Assembly: GCF_036321535.1 (NCBI RefSeq)
Contig: NC_087447.1
Span: forward strand, 40,488,001-40,552,000
Length of the DNA stretch: 64,000 nucleotides
DNA from: Camelus dromedarius
Taxonomy: Eukaryota
Direction of reading: 5' to 3'
Below the pieces are notes generated by a model that searched no databases, was not told the origin of the DNA, and was given only the letters and a program-made list of their open reading frames with translations. Of this stretch, positions 24,269 to 35,100 are shown piece by piece. Every line of letters starts with the position of its first letter. Position 1 is the first letter of the stretch. Made by a program: the position numbers and the translations under genes.

Positions 24269-27200
24269 GGGAAGGTGGCCTTCGAAAGAACAGTTTCAGC
24301 AGAGACCAGATTATACACCAGACAAGAGAAGTCAGGAAGTGGAATTCTGAGGTGGAAGGGAAACAGAAGAACATGGGACAAATTGAGGTATATTGACCAT
24401 GAAGGCAAAGAGGAAGTTTATATTGAGGACAAAGCAAAATGGATGTATGAGCAATGATACGTGCCCATGTTCAAGTCCAGACAGTGGACTTTTCTGCACC
24501 TTCCTGCCAGGCCCCACACTCTTTTCTTTTGTTTTTGCCCAACTTAAATGGAGAATTGGTTTATCTTTCCAGTTTGCTCATGAAAAAAAATTGACACTGA
24601 GAGAGAAAGCAAGCAAGCACATGCAAGCAACCCTGATTTGTGTTAGTCTATAGAAATATAATGAGGAAAGGAGGAAGGAAGTCCTCTTTTGGGTATAATC
24701 AGAGCATATGCGCTCACAGAATTTCAGGATTTCTTTTAAAATCCTTTTTTTTTCCCCAAAGAAGATATGTAGCTTAGAATGAAGAATATTTCCTTTGAGA
24801 AAAAGCTTTAAAGATAATACTAATCTTAATTAAATAGTCTTTCATATTCAGAAGGGAACAAAATTATAAATGTACATGCAACGTTCTCAGCCATACATTC
24901 TTTTTAATGATATTAATATATCCCTAGAGATAACTGTAAAGCTTCTTTCTAATTAGGTAGTATTTTATTAAACTGAACAAAATTTTGTGTTAGTTTGAAT
25001 ACCATTTTCAAGAATTAAATAGTAATCATATCCTCAGATAAAGAGGGTTTTGCTTTCCCCCATGGAAATTATTGGTGCTGGTCAAAAACCAGTTTTAGGA
25101 TGATGGAAACAGTGAGTCTGCTTGTTAAATGAAAGCAATTCAAAGTCCCTGAGATCTTGCCAAGTGTGACTATGTTATTGATGATTCTACTTATGCCAAG
25201 ATAGCTATTTTAATTAAAAATTAGAATAATTTAAACTTTATAGAAATCGAGCTTTTCCAATGGACTGATTGTTTTAATCAAATAAGTCAAAATAATTTAC
25301 ATTTACAGTAAATTAACCTCTGGGGGCATAGTATGGAGGAGTGGCTTGAGGACTTGGGCTGGAAGCAGAAAGACCTGAGTTTGAATTCTGGTTCTATAAT
25401 TAAAGAAAAAAGAGGGAGAGCACAAAGTATGTAAAACTGGAAATGATAAAGATTGAAATAATTGTACATGTAAATCCCTAAAAGAAAGAAACTGAAGTGA
25501 AAAATATGAATGTACCAATTACCACATAAGGTGTTGGAAAGGTGATTAAAAAGCCATGATTGAAGGAGATCCCAGGACCAGACAGATGCACAACTGAGTT
25601 TTTTTCTCATTTTTAAAGAACACATAATTCAGACGTTTTATAAACTAGTCTAGGTCACAGACAATGATCACATACGAATGTAGATGCAAAATTTCTAAAA
25701 TATTAGCAAATGGATTCTATTAGTGTATCTACTAGTAGTAAAGCAAGTACAGTTTGTTCCACGAATGCAAATACAGTTCAATGCTGGAAATCTATCCTTT
25801 CATCAACAGACTAGAGGAAAAAATCACCCATCAATTGAAAAGACATTCAATTAAATTTAGCAACTGTTCCTAAAAAAAAAGCAAAACTCAGTAAAATAAA
25901 GAATATTTACCAGAAATGAGTAGCAAATATTATCCTAAATGGTAAAATAGTAAAACTATTTCAATCCAAAACCAAGAACTAGACAGGAATGCCTACTCTC
26001 CCCATTATTATTTAACATTGTCTTGAAGGTTCTTGCAAATATAATAAATAAATAAAATAATCAGTAAATATACCAGGAAAGAGGAGAAAATCATCTCTTT
26101 TTTTGACCCTATCATTAAATACATGGAAAATCCAGGAAGCCATAGAAGAAAACCTTCTTAGAATTAAGTGTCTAGCTGCAAGATAAATATATGAAACTCA
26201 GCAATTTTTATCAGTTATAAAAACAGATAGATACAAATGGAAATGTTAAAACGTATTCAATTAATAACAGTAAATTTATAAAATACAAAGAAATTTGACA
26301 AGAAAAGTACAAAGACTTATATGAAGAAAATAATTCATCAGAAGTTGTCTGTCTTATAAAGGGACATAAAATAAGATATAAACAAATAGAAATACCATGT
26401 TTTTGGATGGGAAGACTTGATATTAAAATGATCAATTCTTCCAAAATTAATATATAAATTTAATGTAATTCTCCATTAGGATCCCAGTGGCTTTGGAGTG
26501 GGGAGGATTCAATACAATGATATCGAAGTTTATAAAGAAGAATAAATGACCAAAGATGGCCCAGAAAAATATGATAAAAAGACTAGTGGGAAAGGATTTA
26601 CAAGATGTCAGAACATGCTATAAATTAAATATTGTATTGACATAGGAATAGGTAACTAGATTGGTAGACTAGAATAAATAACCTGGAACTAGATCTTGGA
26701 ATATATAAGCATCTTCTATACTAGAAAGTTGATAGTTTACTGCCATGGGAAAAGGATGCATTCTGTAATGAATGATGGTGGCAAAGCTGGCTATCCATTT
26801 GAAAGAAAAACTTGAACACTTATTTTATGTATGTTCAAAAATAAAGAAAGATGTAAAAACTAAATGTAAGAAAATTAAACTATAATATCTTGCAAGATAA
26901 TCTGGGAGGTTACATGTTTAGATTTTCTAAGAAGTGAGAGTGATGAGGAAAGACCCTTTTAACCAGAAGCTTGATCGTATTTAATTATATATAAATTCAT
27001 ACTCTTGTAAGGCAAAGATATCATGGGCAAAGTCAATAATGGTGAATTGGGAAAAAAATGATTGCAATGCAGGTGACAGGTAGAAGATTTGTAATGAAAA
27101 TGTACCAAGAACTCTCACAAATGGCAAGCAAAAGATAAACTACCCAATAAAAAATGGCCAAGTCATACAAATAAGTATTTTGTGGAAGAGCAAATTCAGT

Positions 27201-27508
27201 TGCCAGTAAACATATGAAAATGTGCTCAAATTAATTAGAAGTTAGAGAAAAGCATATTAAAGTACTAATGAGTTTATTCATTACCTCTGACTGTTAGAAA
27301 GAAGCAGTAGTGCCAAATACTGATGGGATGCAGAGAAAACGCTGATAGCATCCTTTGCCAAAGGAAATGTAAATTATTTCAGTACTTTTTGGAAAGTGAT
27401 CTGGCAACTTCTTTTAAAAATAAGAGTATATCTTTTCTTCAACCAAGCAATTCCTCTTATGATTTTCTCTTATACAAATGAATCCATTCTGATTTGAAAG
27501 GATTTCTG

Positions 27509-27593
27509 AGGGGAGAGGGTATAGCTCAGTGGTAGACTGCATCCTCAGTACTGCCAATAAAATAAACTTAATTACCCCCCCCCCCCCCAAAAA
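27509..27593 (+). mobile_element. Internally deleted tRNA-derived SINE
   Basis: A-box ggtatagctcagtggtaga, tail taattac(C)14(A)n, perfect 12-bp TSD aaaggatttctg (27497-27508 / 27594-27605). Confidence 0.85.
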
Positions 27594-27617
27594 AAAGGAT
27601 TTCTGTAAGGTGTTTTT

Positions 27618-28497
27618 GTGGTTTTTTTTTTTTTTTTTGGCTGCAAAAAAGCATTACTGTTCCCATTTGGTCCAGGGGAAAGGGCTCCAGGGTGGTTAAA
27701 AAAGCTGCCTAGTGGCTACAGAGAGAAGCTTCACCAGTGGAGTGGGACTTCTCAAAGGCTGCTGGTTTCCAGAGGTTTCTAGTCGTGCTTGAGGGTGAGC
27801 CTTTGGAAGAGATAATTGCCCCGCCCAGCCTCGGGACTAGCCAGCCTGCAGAGGTTGGTCAGGTGTTTGCCCATCTTCTTGATGAGTTTCACATCCTCAC
27901 CCAGGAAGTGGCTGTCCAGGATGTCACAGAGGTAGAGGTCCGGGCGGGCAGAACCCAGGGCATGCAGATCCAAAAGGGCCTGGTTCAGGTTTTCCTTCAG
28001 TGGAATGGCGGCTTCCACAGGGTCCTGTGTTTTACCTCCCTCAGCTTGAGATGGATTCGGCATGTCCTGGAAGCGGGCGTGGCCGCTATGCTGGTTTTGC
28101 ATTTTGGAGACAGGCTGGGTGCCCTCGCGTGTCTCTTCGGCCAATCATGGGAAAACTGGCCCAGGCTGTCCAGAGCCGCATCACCGCAGTGGAAATAGAA
28201 GCCCACGGAGAGGTAGGTGTAGGAGGCCCGTGAACACACGTTGACCAGGCGGTTGACAGCCGCCTCCACCTTGGTGGAATAATTCTGACGAATCTGGGAA
28301 GCTCATAGTTGATTGGTAATAAGGAGCTAAGCTCAAAAAATGGTGTTGGCTGGCCCTAGAGGCTAAGGTTAGCTAAGTGGCTGATGCCGAACGTTGTGAC
28401 TGGAAAAAAGTTTGGCAAGTGGTCAGAGGCTGGAGGAAGGGGCGTCCCTGGGTCTCTTCTGGCCAAACACTGTTGAAGCGAGAGACAGACTGTGAGA
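27618..28497 (-). pseudogene. FTL: Processed ferritin light chain pseudogene (retrocopy, with UTRs and poly(A))
   Basis: Intronless; ATG at 28306, stop at 27779. [16 protein letters not shown] and [43 protein letters not shown] are in different frames. T17 (poly(A)) at 27622-27638; degraded TSD 27603-27617 / 28498-28512. Confidence 0.97.
28452..28489 (-). promoter_or_regulatory. Iron-responsive element (IRE) relic in the FTL retrocopy 5'UTR
   Basis: Minus strand reads GC-TTCAA-CAGTGT-TTGGC: canonical CAGUGU loop (28467-28472) and bulged C; the bottom pair of the upper stem is mismatched. Confidence 0.9.
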
Positions 28498-31400
28498 CTA
28501 TAAGATATTCTTAAGTGAGAAAAACAAGATGCCAGGAAATGTAGATAATATGATTCGATTTTTAAAGAGAAACAATGAAAAACTTCCCCTAGTATGAATA
28601 TGAATATGGAAAAATATATGGACAGATACGTGCTAGGTTATTGACATGAGTTTTCTGTGGTATTAGGTGAGAGGGACAGTTAATAAATCCAATATAATTT
28701 CTTCAATAATTTTCTATGCAACATATTTATTTCTTTTTCCAATTAATATTTTTATATTACCAAAATTTAAAAATTTAAGGTCAATTTTTTTCATATACAT
28801 TTTTTGACAAAGACTCAACTAATTTAGCTTTTTTTTTTTTCCTACCTAGCTTAACTAGTAACTTTTGCTACTGTGAGTTTTGTTTTGGCCATTACTTTTA
28901 GCAAGTACAATTCTCCTGGATCAAATGATCAGATCAAAATTTTGGGAAGAAGACTATTTTTTAATATAAAATTTTGAGCTCAAATTTTGCTGTTTTCAAT
29001 AATACCTAAAAGATGATTCTTTAAGTCATTTGAAAATCAATAATAGATTTTATTATTTGAAGCTTTTGCCATTGCAATTTTTGTTCTATATAAATTATTT
29101 CTGAAAGTACTATTTATTATGAATTGGATGTGCTAATGAGTTTATTTTCGTGGCCCAGAAAACAAAGCAAATATATAGAGCAAAGATGTAAGACCTGAAT
29201 GCACAATGGGATGAAAATACCTTTGAGGTCAAAAGTTAGGGTCAAAGTGCTCTTCTTTGTGCCTGACATAGATTAAATGCTTGGTAATTATTTACTAATT
29301 ATTATTATTACTTGGTAATTATTTACCAATTATTATTATTACTTGAAAGTGTAAATAATCCTACTCTATTTAGCCGCCCTACTCTCTTACAAGGCTTTGC
29401 CGTTGAGATTAGGAAGACAATGGTTCGTGTAGAGCTGGAGTCAGGGGTCAACAAGGTAACCTTACTAAGTGAGGCAGGCCAAGCAGGAGATCCAGTGGGG
29501 ACTGGGAATGTCAGACTGGGGGAGCCCTGCCCAGGCTATAGGGGCATTTGCTACTCTGCTCCAGCTAATTGTGGGTCGTATGTTGCCATATCCTTAGTTT
29601 TTTGTTTTTGTTTTTGCTTTTAACCAATCTGAAAGTCCACATTTTAAGGTGAAATCGGATATTCAAGCATTGGTGGGTGTTTTGAATTTTATGAAACACC
29701 ATGTGGGTCAACAGTATGTAGTTTTGACAAAACTACATGCTACTTTTTGACTTCCGGTGTGGCTCAGTCCAGGGCTGTGCTCATGTTCCCAATGTTGGAA
29801 AATGTGACCTATTAGGAAAATGTCATCTTCTGTCTGAAAAGTCCCTCTGCCGAGAAAATTTGTCTGTCTGTGACCTCAGGATCAGATAAGTCAGGTGTGT
29901 CCTTGGTCGAGATCTGAAGGACGGAGATTAAGGGAAGTGTGCTGGGGAAGGATTTGTCTAGATGCACCCCATAGAGTCCCCCGTGTATTTCAGGGCATCC
30001 CCTTGAAATAGTGTGGGATGTTGGCTGTCCAGCAGCAGGTGGCAGCATTGGAACAGAGATTGGCCATGTTACAGCCCATGATAGTTTCAATTCCTTCTCT
30101 ATTTGTACTTGAATATGGGAAGCAACAGATTACTCAGATCAGTTTTAGAGGGAAGAAAATTATTTGCCATGCACTTTCAATTTAAAAAAATATTTAAGCC
30201 CCTACTGTGTGCCAGCCTCTGTGCTGTGCATTTTCTCAATGGTCTCATCTTGTTTAATCTTTACAACCTGAGACGTGAACAACTATTTCTCCCAGTTTAA
30301 ATTTGGGGAAATTGAGTTTCAGAAGGCTAAAGGAATCTGTTCCAGGTTATACTGTTTCTAAGAGGCATAGCTGGGTCTGGAACTATTAGATCTTTGACTC
30401 TTTTCATGGACTCACACCTGTCACTACCAGCCTTGCCGTCGTGTTGCTGTCACAGTTCTATTGACATTTTGCCCAAATGATGTTCTTAAGAAACTCAGAC
30501 TGTATGCTGGGGCAGAGAAAGCCAGCAGGGCAGAGGACATTTGCTCCAGATGCTGGCCAGGTGATTGTGCCCCAGATCTGGTGATTGAGAGAAGATGGAT
30601 GCTATTATGCAGAAACAGCACATTTACAGTTTGGAGGATGGATGTGGAAATTTGATGTGTTTCTCTCTCTCTCTCTCTTTTTTTATATAACAATTCCTGT
30701 GACAAGATTACCTTCTCCTCTATTTCTTATTGTTCAAAGCGTTGGCCTAGAAAATAAGTTATCTAAGAACTTTAATATTTCTTGTGATAAATACGGTGGT
30801 GCTGGCCATCATTCTAGTCATTTGATAATTAAGGCTGGAGGATGTTTGCTTGATAGACCTACCCTCAGCTCTTTTATACGATGTCAGACTGTGTTTGATT
30901 AAAAATGATTAATCTCATGATTTTGCATAAATAGCTTATGTCTGTTAAAAAATTTGCTAAGTGAATTAGATCAACCAGTAAGATTCAGAATTTCTTCCAG
31001 CTAAGTAGTGTTGGGTAGAGAGCAGGTACAGCACTGTTCCCCTCTTCCTGTGTGACCTTGTGAAAGTAATTCATTCTTCATCTGTAAAGCAGGGGAGGGA
31101 CTGAGCGACATCACAAGTTTCTTCCTGCTCTGCTCATCTATGACTTTCTGGAGTCTCCATGGATCAGTATGTGAACAGAACTAAGCCCCCCTCCATGCAA
31201 AGGAGCTCTAGAAGTGGGCACAGAGATTAGATAAGCCCTTCCACCTTCACAGGAACGATCCCAAGTCAGGACCCTTAGTTAGGAATTAACTAAAAAGAAC
31301 ACTGTTATATGGAATTTAGAGAGCATGGACTTGGAATCAGACAGTCCTGATCCAAATCGTGGCTCCCCTGGTGACTAGCTGTATAATCTTGGGCAAAACC

Positions 31401-31534
31401 TGAACCTTAATTTTCTTAGTGGACAGTTTTCTTAGAAGATAGATTTCTTAGATTGCTGTGGGTTTTAAATGAGTCAGACTTTATAATGTGACAGGATAGT
31501 TACCCAATAAATGGTAACTATTTTCACTAGTCGT

Positions 31535-31933
31535 TGTTATGGGTTAAATTACAACACCTGAACATTCATGTTTTGAAAGCCTAGCTCTCAGGACCTCAGA
31601 AGGTGACCTTATTTGGAGATACGGTCTTTTCAGAGGTAATCAAGTTAAAATGAAGTCATTAGAGGGGCCCTAATCCAGCATGATTGGTATCCTTCTAAAA
31701 GGGGGAATTTAGACACAGGGGCATACATAGAGGAAAGATGATATAAACAGACACATGTATGCCTAGGAGAAAGGCCTGGAACTGATTTTCCCTCACAGCC
31801 CTCAGAAGAAACCAACCCCGCTGACACCTTGATTCTGGGCTTCCAGCCTGCAGAAATAAGAGCCAGTAAATCTCTGCTGTTTAAGCTGCTCCATCTGTGG
31901 TGCTTTGTCAAGCAGCCCTAGCCAACTAATACA
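31535..31933 (+). mobile_element. MLT1B-type solo LTR
   Basis: tgttatggg..gtgaccttatttggaga..cagccctcagaag.aaccaaccc.gctgacaccttgatt..ctaataca; TSD gtcgt/gttgt. Confidence 0.9.
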
Positions 31934-32017
31934 GTTGTTTTCAGTCAAATAGCCATTCTACTGCCATCTTCCCCTACTCTGTCTGGACTTTTGCCCTTCA
32001 GAATTGTAAGAAAATAA

Positions 32018-32167
32018 TTTTTTTAAACATTTTTTTGGGTGAGAAGTAATTAGGTTTGTTTGTTTATTTATTTATTTATTTAATTTTTTAATGGAGATAC
32101 TGGGGATTGAACCCAGGGCCTCATGTATGCTGAGCACATGCTCTACCACTGAACTATACCCTCCCCC
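32018..32167 (-). mobile_element. tRNA-derived SINE (camelid type), full length
   Basis: gtaattagg(ttta)n..actggggattgaacccaggg..gctctaccactgaactataccctcccc. Confidence 0.9.
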
Positions 32168-35100
32168 ACCCCCATTTTCCCCAACTCTGAATGCACCATG
32201 CATTGCACCTATACAAGAACAAATCTTTTTGTTGTAGCTTTATGTTCGCTGCCTCAGCTGCTCCAAACTGGTCAGCCAGCCTTTGGGATGATATTAAAAT
32301 AGCTCACATTTGTTGGTACTTTTAAAGCACTTTATGTGAATTCCATCGTACAAACCTCAGAGAGTGTTGTGATCAACACTCTCTGAGAAAGATATTATTT
32401 TCATCATTTTACACACCAGGAAATTGAGGCACAGATAAGGTACAGTAACTTATGCCAAGATCACACATCTATGAAGTGGTAGAACCAGGATGTGGGTGGA
32501 CCAGGACACTCTAACCCCAGAGTCCCTGCTTTTAAATCTTACGTGAGCCCTTAGCTACCATGCAAAGAAGCTTGGAGGTGATGAGGCTTGAAAGAAGAAG
32601 TCTGAGCAGCCACCTTTCATCAACAGGATCCCTGGAAGCAGGAGAACTGAGAGCTCTGTGTCCTCAGCACCGGCCTCTGAGTATCTCTCTCATCCCAGCA
32701 TTGCAACACGCAGGACACAGTGGTGCCCTCTGCCTGTAGATCACCAAACCTGTAAGAGGTTCCGTTGACCAGAGTCCAGAGCTGTTGCTCTTATTTTAGG
32801 TCCTGGACCCTTCATCTTTCAGGCTTCACCAAATCTGCCATTGATGAACTTTTTGAACTTTTGCCTGAGGATCTGATGTAGAAAACCGCTATGGAGGGGC
32901 AGAATGCCATAGTGGCTAAGAGCGCAGGCTCTGTTATCAAATGCCTGGCTCTGTTAATTACAGCCTGGGTAAGCCTAGGTGATTCATTTAGCCTCAGATC
33001 CCCACCTATAAAGTATGGGTACGACAAAAGTACTTGTCTCATTGTTGTGGCGAGGATTATTATTAATGAATGCACACATCTTGGACCAGCACATGCTGAG
33101 CACTTAATGCATGTTGGTGCTTATTATACAATGTCAATGGAATGGGATGGAGTACTATAATGGTGACTACCTAGGAGTGCATCTCTTCCAGAAAAAGGAC
33201 TGTCTCCATCCAGACTGTAGTAACAAATTCATAAAATTTCAATAACCTGCCATCTACACTGCAGTAGAAATAGAGAGCTGGATGTGGATGTAAAGTTATT
33301 TTAGGCCTTTTGTAATTTGGTAGAAAATGTGCATGGCACATAATAAATATTTGTTTAATGAATGAATGAAATATGAGGTGAGGCCCTGATGTTGCAGGAG
33401 GTGGGGGAGCACAGGCAGGCAGGAGGATGCCTGGGCAGCTGTGATAAAAGTCAGAGTAGTCAGTTGTCTAAATCCTCAGTTTTGGAGGATGAGGTGAATT
33501 CTGATCCATCCAAAATAGCAGGTAAAAAGTAGGCATCTCAAGAATCTCAGTGGGCCCATTGGTGGTGGAGATGCTGGGGCTAAGGCTGGGCTCAGCTAGA
33601 GGAAGCAGGGCTGGAAGGAGAGGTTAGAAAAAGGCAGAGCGATGGCCAGCTGGGTTCCCTTCCAAGTGGGAACTGGAGAGAAAGCCAGGGACCAGGACAG
33701 AAGCCTGTTAGACAGAAAGACTCTTCTGTGGGAATTAGAGATGGCTTTGGCTGTGTGCTCACTTAGGGAGCCCCCATCACTCACAGGATCTCTGAAGACA
33801 GGCCCCAGGAGCAGCCAAAGCATTGCAGACCCTGATGGTCATGTGAGTCAAGTCTGCTTCCTGTTCACTGAGGACAGCTGGCAGCTAGGAGGGGTCCGAC
33901 ACCCAGGCTGAGAGAAAGTGCCGAGAACTGGATTCCAGGCTGCACGTTGCAAGACATGGAAACTGCACCCAGTCCCAAAGAGAACTCCCACTCCCAACCT
34001 GAAACTTATGTTGTGAACCTCCTGCCTCCTAGAACTTTTAATGTGGAGTTGACTGACGGCTTTCCAGATGCCGTGGGAAAATCTGCATTGTGTTTGTTAG
34101 TGTCAAGTGTAAATTGTTAAAATCTTTTTGGAGGTTAATTTTGCAATATTATCAAAATTTAAGGGATGCTCATTACAGTATTGTTTGTAGTAGTGAATAA
34201 GTGGAAATTCTCTAAAAGCCATCAGCATAAGACTGGTTAAATAAATAGTAGTACTTCTTACTATGGAATAATAAGCATTAATCAAAGATGATGAAGTAAA
34301 CACCTAGGCATGGGTGTGGAAAGATGACCACATTCTAAATTAAAAAACATGTTTCAGAAGAATGAATCAGTGTTGTGCAGTATGTATAAAAAAATCACGT
34401 GAGATCACCTGGCCTTGCATCTAGCATATAGTAGGTATAGTAGATAGTCCCTAATTGTTAGAGCAGAAGAGATCACTTTAATATGTGTGTGTGGGGGCGC
34501 ACAGCATGCTCATTCTTTGCCTTTGCCCCCTGTTTTATGCTCCTCCTTACATGGCACCAGCTCTTTTCTCTGAATTCCTACAACCTCCCTTCCCCTTTTG
34601 TAATAATTTACCTTTCTCTGAGCACACACTTCCTTATCCCTTTGTCAAGTAGGTTCTTTTTTTCTATGTGTGTATCTTACCCCCACCAACCAGACTGCAT
34701 ATTTTCTTGAGGTCAGAGTCTGTTCTCTTCTTCTAGCAAATGTATGTTCTAGATTTTACAGGCCAATTCTACCTTTAAGCACTCTGTTATATAGACCCAT
34801 AAACCCTGGGATAGCATGGAAAATCCAGTTTGGCATCCAAGCCATGTCTCCCAGAATGCTCTGGCACGTGGAAGTGGCACAATTTTCTTCAGCCTCGGTT
34901 TGAACAATATAACCCCTCTCTCTTTTTAATTTTTTAATTGAGAATATAATTGATATATAACATTATATTAGTTTCAGGTGGTGATCTCTTTCAATGTTTC
35001 ATGAAAATGCCAGTTGCTCAGAAACATCCCATCTGTCCCCCACCACCCACATAGAAATAGAATGGGTGGCAGGCAAGCCTCCATCCTAATTATCTGGCCG

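Larger units (their letters stand above)
25640..28680 (+). mobile_element. Old L1M (ORF2-3' end), host of the SINE and the FTL retrocopy
   Basis: Degraded RT and C-terminal motifs (gatgcaaaat..aatattagcaaat, ggatgggaagact.aatatt, aaacatatgaaaa.tgctcaa). Continues after the retrocopy with ttaagtgagaaaaacaag. Confidence 0.8.

Noticed and set aside
27509..27545. tRNA gene (A-box GGTATAGCTCAGTGGTAGA)
   Set aside because: It is a SINE head with tail and TSD; no cloverleaf.
27737..28244. Plus-strand ORFs of 153, 77 and 60 aa
   Set aside because: Antisense shadows of the FTL pseudogene.
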